Shown piece by piece: positions 41,441 through 54,531 of a stretch of 64,000 nucleotides of DNA. Each line of letters opens with the position of its first letter. Position 1 is the first letter of the stretch. The DNA is from Escherichia coli. GTDB taxonomy: Bacteria; Pseudomonadota; Gammaproteobacteria; Enterobacterales; Enterobacteriaceae. The notes under the pieces were generated by a model that worked only from the letters and a program-made list of their open reading frames with translations, was not told the origin of the DNA and made no database searches. The stretch is taken from NCBI RefSeq assembly GCF_048403405.1, contig NZ_CP183129.1. One strand, written 5' to 3'. A program made the position numbers and the translations under genes.

Positions 41441-41634
41441 CATAAGGAAACGTACTTAAGGCGCGTCAGGTTAACCAGCCAGGCGCGCCTTTAATAATTA
41501 TAAATAAGTGCTTATACAGATAGTGTTATCATTCATGAAATAATTGATATTTATGATCACATCACGAAAATAAATATAAGAACCTGAAGGCTCACACTAT
41601 AAAGTCAACAATAGTCTACTCCAGGAGCAGAATA

Positions 41635-41931
<297 letters not shown>

Positions 41932-41950
41932 TTATACGCGCATTCTTTAC

Positions 41951-42799
41951 TCAGACCAGTTTTTTCACCAGCGCTTCACTGTGACGAATACGTTCTGGAG
42001 CCAGTTCCAGATCCTGCTGAATCAGCGCAATGAACAGCAAATCCGTTAACATTCCCTGCGCGTGACAAGCAGAGATTGAAGCACTGTTTGTCGCTTGTTC
42101 TTCGGCAATGGTATACAGGCAATGAGAAGCACGCTGTTGCAGGGCATTCGGAGTAAAGCCGGTAATCGCCAGCACTTTTCCGCCCACTCGCAGCATCTCA
42201 TCTGCCGCCAGGTTTAACTCGCGTCGTACACCGGTGTAAGAAATGGCTAATAACAGATCGTCAGGGGACGACGCCTGTACGGTAGCGAGTAGCGCATGCA
42301 TATCGCGCACTGCGGCAGCATTGAAGCCAATCTTCATCAGCTTCCAGGCAAAGTTTTGCGCCACCAGACCCGAAGCGCCAATACCGGTCAGAATTATCCG
42401 CCGCGCAGAGCGCAACATTGTTACGCATTCATGCAGTTTCTCTTCACTATTAACGTTTAGCGTTGCGTACATAGCGGCAGTATTTTCTTTAATCAGTTTT
42501 TCGCCGACCAGCCGTAACGGATCATCACCGCGGATTTGGTTATGAATGGGCACGGAGGGCGATTCCGGCTGGCTTGCCAGCGCTTCACTCAACGCCAACT
42601 TAAGCGCCGGAAAACCTTTATAGCCGAGTTTTTGCGCGAACTTCACGACGCTGGACTGACTGACTCCGGCTTCGTTGGCCAGTTGCTGAGAGCTTAAATG
42701 GCGCGCCGTATCAGGTTGTAGCAGCAGATAATCCGCCAGTTTTTTATCACTCTGGGCAAGCCCCTGGTAACGCTGACGGATACGAAGTAAGCCGTTCAT
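41951..42799 (-). CDS. yfhH: RpiR/MurR-family transcriptional regulator (HTH plus SIS domain), 282 aa
   Basis: ORF track 41951..42871 minus; start moved to the internal Met (MNGLLRIRQRYQGL); translation. Confidence 0.85.
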   Translation of the reverse strand: MNGLLRIRQRYQGLAQSDKKLADYLLLQPDTARHLSSQQLANEAGVSQSSVVKFAQKLGYKGFPALKLALSEALASQPESPSVPIHNQIRGDDPLRLVGEKLIKENTAAMYATLNVNSEEKLHECVTMLRSARRIILTGIGASGLVAQNFAWKLMKIGFNAAAVRDMHALLATVQASSPDDLLLAISYTGVRRELNLAADEMLRVGGKVLAITGFTPNALQQRASHCLYTIAEEQATNSASISACHAQGMLTDLLFIALIQQDLELAPERIRHSEALVKKLV

Positions 42800-43007
42800 A
42801 TCTTTCCTCGCGATGAAATAGTGGCGACAACAGGCAATATGAGACAAACGCGAGTGAATTTTATATTCCATTGCCGCTAATTTCCATGAATTAAAAATTC
42901 CAGTTAGCCATGATGCGGTCGATTGTTGCCGGAAAAGTGATGATCTATCTGTTAGGCTATGTAGTAGCGAAAATTAATCAGGATGTTTCAGTCCAGAGGA
43001 GTATGGT

Positions 43008-43643
43008 TTGGCAACTCACGAGCGTCGTGTGGTGTTTTTTGACTTAGATGGAACATTGCATCAGCAGGATATGTTCGGCAGTTTTTTGCGTTATTTACTG
43101 CGGCGCCAACCGCTGAATGCGTTGCTTGTCCTGCCGTTGTTGCCGATCATAGCCATTGCGTTATTGATAAAAGGCCGTGCGGCACGCTGGCCGATGAGTC
43201 TGCTTCTGTGGGGATGCACTTTTGGTCACAATGAAGCGCGTTTGCAGGCGTTGCAGGCCGATTTCGTACGCTGGTTTCGTGACAATGTTACCGCCTTTCC
43301 GCTGGTTCAGGAGCGATTAACCACCTACCTGTTAAGTTCCGATGCTGATATCTGGTTGATTACCGGCTCTCCGCAGCCGCTGGTTGAAGCGGTTTATTTC
43401 GATACGCCCTGGCTGCCGCGGGTTAATCTTATCGCCAGTCAGATTCAGCGTGGCTATGGTGGTTGGGTATTGACGATGCGTTGCCTCGGGCATGAGAAGG
43501 TCGCGCAACTGGAGCGTAAAATCGGCACGCCACTGCGGTTGTACAGTGGCTATAGCGACAGTAATCAGGACAACCCGCTGCTTTATTTCTGTCAGCATCG
43601 TTGGCGAGTAACCCCGCGCGGTGAACTCCAGCAACTGGAATAG
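43008..43643 (+). CDS. pgpC: Phosphatidylglycerophosphatase C (HAD-like), 211 aa
   Basis: ORF 43008..43643; VFFDLDGTL HAD motif with a transmembrane segment. Confidence 0.88.
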   Translation: MATHERRVVFFDLDGTLHQQDMFGSFLRYLLRRQPLNALLVLPLLPIIAIALLIKGRAARWPMSLLLWGCTFGHNEARLQALQADFVRWFRDNVTAFPLVQERLTTYLLSSDADIWLITGSPQPLVEAVYFDTPWLPRVNLIASQIQRGYGGWVLTMRCLGHEKVAQLERKIGTPLRLYSGYSDSNQDNPLLYFCQHRWRVTPRGELQQLE

Positions 43644-43655
43644 AGTAAAGCATAG

Positions 43656-45757
<2,102 letters not shown>

Positions 45758-45922
45758 TTAGTTAATTCTCTGTGTCGTGCGCGTCCCAGCTTGAAAAAAC
45801 GTAATAATAGTGAAAGGTTTACTCATAAATGAGCGGCATTTTGCGTAAACCTGCGCCAGTTGGCAACTTATTACAGCCATTGGCGGCACGCGTTGCTAAT
45901 TCGCGATGGTGATTTTATTTCC

Positions 45923-45938
45923 ACGCAAACGGTTTCGT
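45923..45938. promoter_or_regulatory. PurR box (ACGCAAACGGTTTCGT) upstream of purL
   Basis: 16-bp near-palindrome matching the PurR operator consensus about 80 bp upstream of the purL start. Confidence 0.65.
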
Positions 45939-46014
45939 CAGCGCATCAGATTCTTTATAATGACGCCCGTTTCCCCCCCTTGGGTACACCGAAAGCTTAG
46001 AAGACGAGAGACTT

Positions 46015-49000
46015 ATGATGGAAATTCTGCGTGGTTCGCCTGCATTGTCGGCATTCCGAATCAACAAACTGCTGGCACGTTTTCAGGCTGCCAGGCTCCC
46101 GGTTCACACTATTTACGCCGAGTATGTCCATTTTGCTGACCTCAATGCGCCGTTAAACGATGATGAGCACGCACAACTTGAACGCCTGCTGAAATATGGC
46201 CCGGCACTCGCCAGCCACGCCCCGCAAGGCAAACTCCTGCTGGTGACCCCGCGTCCTGGCACCATCTCTCCCTGGTCTTCGAAAGCGACCGATATTGCCC
46301 ATAACTGCGGGCTGCAACAGGTAAACCGTCTTGAGCGCGGCGTGGCTTACTATATAGAAGCCGGTACGCTGACCAATGAACAATGGCAGCAGGTTACCGC
46401 TGAACTGCACGACCGCATGATGGAAACGGTCTTTTTTGCTTTAGATGATGCAGAGCAGCTGTTTGCACACCATCAACCGACTCCGGTCACCAGCGTTGAT
46501 TTGCTGGGGTTGGGCCGTCAGGCGCTAATCGACGCTAACCTGCGTCTTGGCCTGGCACTGGCGGAAGATGAAATTGACTATTTGCAGGATGCTTTCACAA
46601 AGCTTGGTCGTAACCCGAACGACATCGAACTGTATATGTTTGCCCAGGCGAACTCCGAGCACTGCCGCCACAAAATTTTTAACGCCGACTGGGTTATCGA
46701 TGGTGAACAGCAGCCGAAATCGCTGTTTAAGATGATCAAAAACACCTTCGAAACTACGCCGGATCACGTTCTCTCTGCTTATAAAGATAACGCCGCCGTC
46801 ATGGAAGGGTCTGAAGTGGGCCGCTACTTTGCTGACCACGAAACGGGCCGCTACGATTTCCATCAGGAACCGGCGCATATTCTGATGAAAGTTGAAACCC
46901 ACAACCACCCGACGGCGATTTCTCCGTGGCCGGGCGCGGCGACCGGTTCCGGCGGTGAAATCCGCGATGAAGGTGCCACCGGACGCGGCGCGAAGCCGAA
47001 AGCTGGTTTGGTTGGTTTCTCCGTTTCCAACCTGCGAATTCCTGGCTTCGAACAGCCGTGGGAAGAAGATTTCGGTAAGCCTGAGCGCATTGTCACCGCG
47101 CTGGACATCATGACCGAAGGCCCGCTGGGTGGCGCGGCATTTAACAACGAATTTGGTCGTCCGGCACTGAACGGCTACTTCCGTACTTATGAAGAAAAAG
47201 TGAACAGCCACAATGGCGAAGAGCTGCGCGGTTATCACAAACCGATCATGCTGGCGGGCGGGATCGGCAACATTCGTGCCGATCACGTACAAAAAGGCGA
47301 GATCAACGTTGGTGCGAAGCTGGTCGTTCTCGGCGGCCCGGCAATGAACATCGGTCTTGGCGGCGGCGCGGCGTCTTCCATGGCGTCTGGTCAGTCTGAT
47401 GCCGACCTCGACTTCGCTTCCGTACAGCGCGACAACCCGGAGATGGAGCGTCGCTGCCAGGAAGTGATCGACCGTTGCTGGCAGCTTGGTGATGCCAACC
47501 CAATCCTGTTTATCCACGACGTTGGCGCAGGCGGTCTTTCTAACGCCATGCCGGAACTGGTGAGCGACGGCGGGCGCGGCGGTAAATTCGAACTGCGCGA
47601 TATCCTGAGCGACGAACCGGGCATGAGCCCGCTGGAAATCTGGTGTAACGAATCCCAGGAACGCTACGTGCTGGCGGTTGCTGCCGATCAGTTACCGCTG
47701 TTTGACGAACTGTGTAAGCGTGAGCGCGCGCCATACGCGGTGATTGGTGAAGCGACCGAAGAACTGCATCTTTCTTTGCACGATCGTCATTTTGATAATC
47801 AGCCGATCGATCTGCCGCTGGACGTCCTGCTTGGTAAAACGCCGAAGATGACCCGCGAAGTACAAACGCTGAAAGCGAAGGGTGATGCGCTGGTTCGTGA
47901 AGGGATTACCATTGCTGACGCGGTGAAACGCGTGCTGCACCTGCCGACCGTGGCGGAGAAAACTTTCCTGGTGACCATTGGTGACCGCAGCGTAACCGGC
48001 ATGGTAGCGCGCGATCAGATGGTGGGTCCGTGGCAGGTGCCGGTCGCTAACTGCGCGGTCACTACCGCCAGCCTCGATAGCTACTACGGCGAAGCGATGG
48101 CGATTGGCGAGCGTGCGCCGGTTGCGCTGCTGGATTTCGCCGCCTCTGCCCGTCTGGCGGTCGGTGAAGCGTTAACCAATATTGCCGCAACACAGATTGG
48201 CGATATCAAACGCATTAAACTTTCCGCCAACTGGATGGCGGCGGCAGGCCACCCTGGTGAAGATGCGGGCCTGTATGAAGCCGTTAAAGCTGTGGGCGAA
48301 GAACTTTGTCCGGCGCTGGGCCTGACGATCCCGGTGGGTAAAGACTCTATGTCGATGAAAACCCGCTGGCAGGAAGGTAACGAAGAGCGCGAAATGACGT
48401 CGCCGCTGTCGCTGGTGATTTCTGCATTTGCCCGCGTGGAAGATGTGCGTCACACCATCACGCCGCAGCTTTCTACCGAAGATAACGCATTACTGCTGAT
48501 TGAACTGGGCAAAGGCAATAACGCGCTGGGCGCAACGGCGCTGGCGCAGGTTTATCGTCAGCTTGGCGACAAACCGGCAGATGTACGCGATGTCGCGCAA
48601 CTGAAAGGTTTCTATGACGCGGTTCAGGCGCTGGTAGCACAGTGTAAGCTGCTCGCGTACCACGACCGCTCTGATGGCGGCCTGCTGGTAACGCTGGCGG
48701 AAATGGCCTTTGCTGGTCATTGCGGCATTGACGCGGATATCGCCACTCTGGGTGACGATCGCCTGGCGGCGTTGTTTAACGAAGAACTGGGTGCGGTGAT
48801 TCAGGTTCGTGCCGCTGACCGTGAAGCAGTTGAAGCGGTACTGGCACAGCATGGGCTTGCGGATTGCGTCCATTATGTTGGGCAGGCGGTTTCCGGTGAC
48901 CGTTTTGTGATTACCGCCAACGGGCAGACTGTATTCAGCGAAAGCCGCACCACGTTGCGTGTCTGGTGGGCAGAAACTACCTGGCAGATGCAGCGCCTGC

Positions 49001-49902
49001 GTGACAACCCGGAGTGTGCCGACCAGGAGCACCAGGCGAAATCAAACGACGCCGATCCGGGCCTGAATGTAAAACTGTCGTTCGATATCAACGAAGATGT
49101 GGCAGCACCGTATATTGCCACTGGCGCACGTCCGAAAGTTGCTGTGCTGCGTGAGCAGGGCGTGAACTCGCATGTTGAAATGGCGGCAGCTTTCCACCGT
49201 GCAGGCTTCGATGCTATCGACGTGCATATGAGCGACCTGCTGGCTGGACGCACGGGCCTGGAGGATTTCCACGCCCTGGTCGCGTGCGGTGGTTTCTCCT
49301 ACGGTGATGTGCTGGGTGCCGGTGAAGGTTGGGCGAAGTCTATCCTGTTCAATGACCGTGTACGCGATGAGTTTGCAACCTTCTTCCATCGTCCGCAAAC
49401 GCTGGCGCTGGGGGTATGTAACGGTTGCCAGATGATGTCTAACCTGCGCGAACTGATCCCAGGTAGTGAGTTGTGGCCACGTTTTGTGCGTAACACCTCC
49501 GATCGCTTTGAAGCGCGTTTCAGCCTGGTTGAAGTGACCCAAAGCCCGTCACTGCTATTGCAGGGGATGGTGGGCTCGCAAATGCCGATTGCTGTGTCTC
49601 ACGGTGAAGGGCGTGTGGAAGTGCGTGATGCGGCGCATCTGGCGGCACTGGAAAGCAAAGGGCTGGTGGCACTGCGCTATGTCGATAACTTCGGCAAAGT
49701 CACTGAAACCTACCCGGCTAACCCGAACGGTTCTCCGAACGGTATTACGGCGGTCACGACTGAAAGTGGTCGAGTCACCATTATGATGCCGCACCCGGAA
49801 CGTGTTTTCCGTACTGTCAGCAACTCCTGGCATCCGGAAAACTGGGGCGAGGATGGGCCGTGGATGCGTATTTTCCGCAATGCACGTAAGCAGTTGGGGT
49901 AA
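46015..49902 (+). CDS. purL: Phosphoribosylformylglycinamidine synthase (large single-chain form), 1295 aa
   Basis: ORF 46015..49902; translation; C-terminal glutamine amidotransferase GVCNGCQM motif. Confidence 0.96.
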   Translation: MMEILRGSPALSAFRINKLLARFQAARLPVHTIYAEYVHFADLNAPLNDDEHAQLERLLKYGPALASHAPQGKLLLVTPRPGTISPWSSKATDIAHNCGLQQVNRLERGVAYYIEAGTLTNEQWQQVTAELHDRMMETVFFALDDAEQLFAHHQPTPVTSVDLLGLGRQALIDANLRLGLALAEDEIDYLQDAFTKLGRNPNDIELYMFAQANSEHCRHKIFNADWVIDGEQQPKSLFKMIKNTFETTPDHVLSAYKDNAAVMEGSEVGRYFADHETGRYDFHQEPAHILMKVETHNHPTAISPWPGAATGSGGEIRDEGATGRGAKPKAGLVGFSVSNLRIPGFEQPWEEDFGKPERIVTALDIMTEGPLGGAAFNNEFGRPALNGYFRTYEEKVNSHNGEELRGYHKPIMLAGGIGNIRADHVQKGEINVGAKLVVLGGPAMNIGLGGGAASSMASGQSDADLDFASVQRDNPEMERRCQEVIDRCWQLGDANPILFIHDVGAGGLSNAMPELVSDGGRGGKFELRDILSDEPGMSPLEIWCNESQERYVLAVAADQLPLFDELCKRERAPYAVIGEATEELHLSLHDRHFDNQPIDLPLDVLLGKTPKMTREVQTLKAKGDALVREGITIADAVKRVLHLPTVAEKTFLVTIGDRSVTGMVARDQMVGPWQVPVANCAVTTASLDSYYGEAMAIGERAPVALLDFAASARLAVGEALTNIAATQIGDIKRIKLSANWMAAAGHPGEDAGLYEAVKAVGEELCPALGLTIPVGKDSMSMKTRWQEGNEEREMTSPLSLVISAFARVEDVRHTITPQLSTEDNALLLIELGKGNNALGATALAQVYRQLGDKPADVRDVAQLKGFYDAVQALVAQCKLLAYHDRSDGGLLVTLAEMAFAGHCGIDADIATLGDDRLAALFNEELGAVIQVRAADREAVEAVLAQHGLADCVHYVGQAVSGDRFVITANGQTVFSESRTTLRVWWAETTWQMQRLRDNPECADQEHQAKSNDADPGLNVKLSFDINEDVAAPYIATGARPKVAVLREQGVNSHVEMAAAFHRAGFDAIDVHMSDLLAGRTGLEDFHALVACGGFSYGDVLGAGEGWAKSILFNDRVRDEFATFFHRPQTLALGVCNGCQMMSNLRELIPGSELWPRFVRNTSDRFEARFSLVEVTQSPSLLLQGMVGSQMPIAVSHGEGRVEVRDAAHLAALESKGLVALRYVDNFGKVTETYPANPNGSPNGITAVTTESGRVTIMMPHPERVFRTVSNSWHPENWGEDGPWMRIFRNARKQLG

Positions 49903-49959
49903 GCCGTCAACCCATTGGTTTTGCAGCCGGATGAGGCATTAAGCACCAACTACTATTAT

Positions 49960-49986
49960 AAGCTCCCAACTTCGGGAGCTTTTTTG
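49960..49986 (+). terminator. Intrinsic terminator after purL (AAGCTCCCAA-CTTC-GGGAGCTT plus T-run)
   Basis: Inverted repeat with T-run read directly. Confidence 0.75.
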
Positions 49987-50004
49987 TGTCTGTAAATCAC
50001 GACA
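49987..50004. promoter_or_regulatory. GlrR-type enhancer site 1 (TGTC-N10-GACA)
   Basis: Exact TGTC-N10-GACA read directly upstream of the glmY sigma-54 promoter. Confidence 0.6.
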
Positions 50005-50019
50005 ATGGGTGGTTTGCCG

Positions 50020-50037
50020 TGTCGCTTTCTGGCGACA
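50020..50037. promoter_or_regulatory. GlrR-type enhancer site 2 (TGTC-N10-GACA)
   Basis: Exact TGTC-N10-GACA read directly. Confidence 0.6.
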
Positions 50038-50082
50038 TTTAACTCATTGATTTTAATATTATCTAATAAGTTTATCTTAAGT

Positions 50083-50100
50083 TGTCTCTTTTTAGCGACA
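50083..50100. promoter_or_regulatory. GlrR-type enhancer site 3 (TGTC-N10-GACA)
   Basis: Exact TGTC-N10-GACA read directly, about 100 bp upstream of the -24/-12 element. Confidence 0.6.
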
Positions 50101-50189
50101 CAGTGGCTGATTTACATTCAAATAGCGAAGAAGCCATAAATCCCTCAAAGCAGCATATAATCAGTACGTTACCAAACTATTTTCTTTAT

Positions 50190-50205
50190 TGGCACAGTTA
50201 CTGCA
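50190..50205 (+). promoter_or_regulatory. Sigma-54 promoter (-24 TGGCAC, -12 CTGCA) of glmY
   Basis: TGGCACagttaCTGCA with correct GG-to-GC spacing; predicted start about 12 nt downstream coincides with the glmY 5' end. Confidence 0.75.
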
Positions 50206-50216
50206 TAATAGTAACC

Positions 50217-50401
50217 AGTGGCTCATTCACCGACTTATGTCAGCCCCTTCGGGACGTGCTACATAAAATACGAATGACGCACAACAAGGTGCCTGCCGTC
50301 CAACTTCTGATATCAGCGTAGCTATATCAACCATCGGGCGAAACGTCGAGTTAGGCACCGCCTTATTCCATAACAAAGCCGGGTAATTCCCGGCTTTGTT
50401 G
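50217..50401 (+). ncRNA. glmY: Small regulatory RNA GlmY (controls glmS via GlmZ/RapZ)
   Basis: Begins AGTGGCTCATTCACCGACTTATGTCAGCCCCTTCGGGACG, ends at intrinsic terminator AAAGCCGGGTAATTCCCGGCTTTGTTGT; position between purL and glrK; ends approximate. Confidence 0.8.
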
Positions 50402-50458
50402 TATCTGAACTTCCCCTCGGTTAGCATCAGGCTATTCGCGTCTGACGAGAGTAACACC

Positions 50459-51886
50459 TTGAAACGCTGGCCCGTTTTTCCCCGCTCATTACGACAACTG
50501 GTAATGCTGGCATTTTTGCTGATTCTGCTGCCCCTGTTGGTGCTGGCATGGCAAGCCTGGCAAAGCCTGAATGCACTTAGCGATCAGGCAGCGCTGGTTA
50601 ACCGCACTACGCTTATTGATGCCCGGCGCAGTGAAGCGATGACCAACGCGGCACTGGAGATGGAGCGCAGCTACCGTCAGTACTGCGTGCTGGACGACCC
50701 TACGCTTGCGAAGGTTTATCAAAGCCAGCGCAAGCGTTACAGCGAAATGCTTGATGCCCACGCAGGCGTGCTGCCGGACGATAAACTCTACCAGGCATTA
50801 CGTCAGGATTTGAACAATCTGGCTCAACTTCAGTGTAACAACAGTGGTCCTGATGCCGCCGCCGCCGCGCGTCTTGAAGCCTTTGCCAGTGCCAATACCG
50901 AAATGGTGCAGGCCACGCGCACAGTAGTGTTCTCTCGTGGGCAGCAACTTCAGCGTGAAATCGCCGAACGTGGGCAATATTTTGGTTGGCAATCGCTGGT
51001 GCTATTTCTGGTGAGTCTGGTGATGGTGCTACTTTTCACGAGGATGATTATCGGTCCGGTGAAAAATATCGAGCGCATGATCAACCGGCTGGGGGAAGGG
51101 CGTTCTCTGGGCAATAGTGTCTCGTTCAGTGGACCGAGCGAGTTACGCTCGGTTGGGCAACGTATTCTTTGGTTAAGTGAGCGCCTGTCATGGCTGGAAT
51201 CCCAACGCCATCAATTTTTAAGACATTTATCTCATGAATTAAAAACGCCACTGGCGAGTATGCGCGAGGGCACTGAATTACTGGCTGACCAGGTTGTCGG
51301 GCCGCTTACGCCAGAGCAAAAAGAGGTGGTGAGCATTCTTGATAGCAGCAGCCGCAATTTGCAAAAGTTGATCGAACAACTGCTTGATTACAACCGTAAA
51401 CAGGCGGACGGTGCGGTGGAACTGGAGAATGTTGAGTTAGCGCCACTGGTGGAAATGGTGGTTTCTGCTCATAGCCTGCCCGCGCGGGCTAAAATGATGC
51501 ATACCGATGTCGATCTCAAAGCAACAGCTTGCCTGGCGGAGCCAATGCTGCTGATGAGCGTACTGGATAATCTTTACTCCAATGCGGTGCACTACGGGGC
51601 TGAATCCGGTAACATTTGCCTTCGCAGCAGTTTACATGGCGCGCGGGTTTATATTGATGTCATCAATACAGGAACACCCATTCCGCAAGAGGAACGCGCC
51701 ATGATCTTCGAACCCTTTTTTCAGGGAAGCCACCAGCGAAAAGGGGCGGTGAAGGGCAGCGGTCTGGGATTAAGCATTGCCAGGGATTGTATTCGCCGTA
51801 TGCAAGGGGAACTGTATCTGGTCGACGAGAGCGGGCAAGACGTTTGCTTCCGCATTGAATTGCCGTCGTCGAAAAACACGAAATAA
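50459..51886 (+). CDS. glrK: Sensor histidine kinase GlrK (QseE), 475 aa
   Basis: ORF track 50396..51886; start placed at TTG 50459 (MKRWPVFPRS) from remembered K-12 length; HAMP-like region, H-box SHELKTPL and ATPase domain. Confidence 0.88.
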   Translation: MKRWPVFPRSLRQLVMLAFLLILLPLLVLAWQAWQSLNALSDQAALVNRTTLIDARRSEAMTNAALEMERSYRQYCVLDDPTLAKVYQSQRKRYSEMLDAHAGVLPDDKLYQALRQDLNNLAQLQCNNSGPDAAAAARLEAFASANTEMVQATRTVVFSRGQQLQREIAERGQYFGWQSLVLFLVSLVMVLLFTRMIIGPVKNIERMINRLGEGRSLGNSVSFSGPSELRSVGQRILWLSERLSWLESQRHQFLRHLSHELKTPLASMREGTELLADQVVGPLTPEQKEVVSILDSSSRNLQKLIEQLLDYNRKQADGAVELENVELAPLVEMVVSAHSLPARAKMMHTDVDLKATACLAEPMLLMSVLDNLYSNAVHYGAESGNICLRSSLHGARVYIDVINTGTPIPQEERAMIFEPFFQGSHQRKGAVKGSGLGLSIARDCIRRMQGELYLVDESGQDVCFRIELPSSKNTK

Positions 51887-52050
51887 TGCTAACAGCCTAT
51901 CCCATCAGGCTATTTTATTTGCCAGTTTGGCCCTGGGCAGTGCTCGAAATCCTCACGTACGACATGTACGCTCCGGTTTCTCCGCGCTGTCCATGTCCAG
52001 ACTGTCTGTAACAATTACGCCCACTGGGAAAGGCGCTAAGTCTGGTGAAT

Positions 52051-52764
52051 ATGCGACACATTTTTCAACGATTATTGCCCCGACGGCTGTGGCTGGCAGG
52101 GCTGCCATGTCTGGCATTGCTGGGTTGTGTGCAGAGTCACAATAAACCAGCCATTGATACGCCAGCAGAAGAAAAAATTCCGGTTTATCAACTGGCTGAC
52201 TATCTTTCTACTGAATGTAGCGACATCTGGGCGCTGCAAGGTAAATCAACCGAAACCAATCCGCTTTACTGGCTGCGGGCGATGGATTGTGCTGATCGTT
52301 TAATGCCTGCGCAGTCGCGTCAGCAAGCTCGCCAATATGACGACGGCAGCTGGCAAAAGACCTTTAAACAAGGGATTTTGCTCGCCGACGCCAAAATTAC
52401 GCCGTATGAGCGCCGCCAGCTGGTCGCGCGCATTGATGCGCTAAGTACCGAGATCCCGGCACAGGTTCGCCCTCTGTATCAACTCTGGCGCGACGGTCAG
52501 GCGCTGCAACTGCAACTGGCGGAAGAGCGCCAACGCTACGGCAAACTCCAGCAATCCAGCGACAGCGAGCTGGATACATTGCGCCAGCAACATCACGTTC
52601 TACAGCAGCAACTGGAACTCACCACCCGCAAGCTGGAAAACCTGACCGATATTGAACGCCAGCTCTCGACCCGCAAACCGGCTGGAAATTTCTCGCCGGA
52701 TACGCCGCACGAGGGTGAAAAGCCCGCGCCATCCATCCATGAGGTCACTCCTGATGAGCCATAA
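52051..52764 (+). CDS. yfhG: Lipoprotein YfhG (QseG), accessory to the GlrK/GlrR system, 237 aa
   Basis: ORF track 52045..52764; ATG at 52051 (MRHIFQRLLP); lipobox LLGCVQ. Confidence 0.85.
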   Translation: MRHIFQRLLPRRLWLAGLPCLALLGCVQSHNKPAIDTPAEEKIPVYQLADYLSTECSDIWALQGKSTETNPLYWLRAMDCADRLMPAQSRQQARQYDDGSWQKTFKQGILLADAKITPYERRQLVARIDALSTEIPAQVRPLYQLWRDGQALQLQLAEERQRYGKLQQSSDSELDTLRQQHHVLQQQLELTTRKLENLTDIERQLSTRKPAGNFSPDTPHEGEKPAPSIHEVTPDEP

Positions 52765-54088
52765 ACCTGCGCATTTATTATTGGTCGATGACGATCCGGG
52801 ATTGCTGAAACTGCTTGGCCTGCGCCTGATCAGCGAAGGCTACAGTGTGGTCACGGCGGAAAGTGGCGCTGAAGGATTACGGGTACTGAATCGCGAAAAA
52901 GTAGATTTAGTTATCAGCGACCTGCGGATGGATGAAATGGACGGTATGCAGCTGTTTGCTGAAATTCAGAAAGTGCAGCCTGGAATGCCAGTAATTATTC
53001 TTACCGCGCATGGTTCTATTCCCGATGCCGTTGCTGCAACACAGCAGGGAGTGTTCAGTTTCCTCACCAAGCCTGTCGATAAAGACGCGCTATATCAGGC
53101 AATTGACGATGCGCTGGAACAATCCGCGCCAGCCACCGATGAACGCTGGCGCGAGGCGATTGTCACCCGCAGCCCGCTGATGCTGCGTTTGCTGGAACAG
53201 GCGCGGCTGGTGGCGCAATCAGACGTCAGCGTTTTGATTAATGGCCAGAGCGGCACCGGGAAAGAGATTTTCGCCCAGGCTATCCACAACGCCAGCCCGC
53301 GTAACAGCAAGCCGTTTATTGCTATTAACTGTGGTGCATTGCCCGAGCAATTGCTGGAGTCGGAACTGTTTGGTCATGCGCGTGGCGCGTTTACTGGCGC
53401 TGTCAGCAATCGCGAAGGTTTATTCCAGGCGGCGGAAGGCGGTACGCTATTTCTCGATGAGATTGGCGATATGCCCGCACCGTTGCAGGTTAAACTGCTG
53501 CGCGTGTTGCAGGAGCGTAAAGTGCGCCCGCTGGGCAGTAACCGCGATATTGATATCGACGTGCGGATTATTTCTGCCACTCACCGCGACCTGCCAAAAG
53601 CGATGGCGCGCGGGGAATTCCGCGAAGATCTCTATTACCGCCTCAACGTTGTCAGCCTGAAAATTCCGGCACTGGCGGAGCGTACAGAAGACATTCCGCT
53701 ACTGGCAAATCACCTGTTGCGCCAGGCGGCAGAGCGACATAAACCGTTTGTCCGCGCGTTCTCCACCGATGCGATGAAACGCCTGATGACCGCGAGCTGG
53801 CCGGGTAATGTGCGCCAGTTGGTCAACGTGATTGAACAGTGCGTGGCGCTGACCTCATCTCCGGTGATTAGCGATGCATTAGTAGAGCAGGCGCTGGAGG
53901 GCGAAAACACGGCGCTGCCAACCTTTGTTGAAGCACGTAATCAGTTTGAACTCAACTATTTGCGTAAGCTGCTGCAAATCACCAAAGGCAACGTCACCCA
54001 CGCGGCGAGAATGGCGGGGCGCAACCGGACAGAATTTTATAAACTGCTTTCCCGACACGAGCTGGATGCAAACGATTTCAAGGAATGA
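52754..54088 (+). CDS. glrR: Sigma-54 dependent response regulator GlrR (QseF), 444 aa
   Basis: ORF track 52652..54088; start moved to ATG 52754 ([16 protein letters not shown]), overlapping yfhG by 11 nt; receiver domain, AAA+ GESGTGKE and C-terminal HTH. Confidence 0.92.
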   Translation: MSHKPAHLLLVDDDPGLLKLLGLRLISEGYSVVTAESGAEGLRVLNREKVDLVISDLRMDEMDGMQLFAEIQKVQPGMPVIILTAHGSIPDAVAATQQGVFSFLTKPVDKDALYQAIDDALEQSAPATDERWREAIVTRSPLMLRLLEQARLVAQSDVSVLINGQSGTGKEIFAQAIHNASPRNSKPFIAINCGALPEQLLESELFGHARGAFTGAVSNREGLFQAAEGGTLFLDEIGDMPAPLQVKLLRVLQERKVRPLGSNRDIDIDVRIISATHRDLPKAMARGEFREDLYYRLNVVSLKIPALAERTEDIPLLANHLLRQAAERHKPFVRAFSTDAMKRLMTASWPGNVRQLVNVIEQCVALTSSPVISDALVEQALEGENTALPTFVEARNQFELNYLRKLLQITKGNVTHAARMAGRNRTEFYKLLSRHELDANDFKE

Positions 54089-54112
54089 ATTGGCGTTATG
54101 TGTTACGTTTAG

Positions 54113-54487
<375 letters not shown>

Positions 54488-54500
54488 ACCGCGTCAAGGA

Positions 54501-54524
54501 TTGCCGGATGTTTCCATCCGGCAA
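54501..54524. terminator. Hairpin TTGCCGGATG-TTTCC-CATCCGGCAA between convergent glnB and hmp
   Basis: Inverted repeat read directly in the 44-bp gap between the two stop codons. Confidence 0.65.
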
Positions 54525-54531
54525 CATCAAA

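Noticed and set aside
41005-41634. Possibility that the 630-bp acpS-yfhL gap is a foreign insertion or degraded gene
   Set aside because: Better explained by the shoB/ohsC small toxin locus, which the ORF track cannot display
46525-47517. 330-aa ORF antisense to purL
   Set aside because: Shadow ORF inside purL; Arg/Ala-rich low-complexity translation typical of the antisense of a GC-rich gene
49903-50458. Possibility that the 556-bp purL-glrK gap hides a missed protein gene
   Set aside because: Occupied by the glmY sRNA with its enhancer sites and sigma-54 promoter; no convincing ORF with an SD
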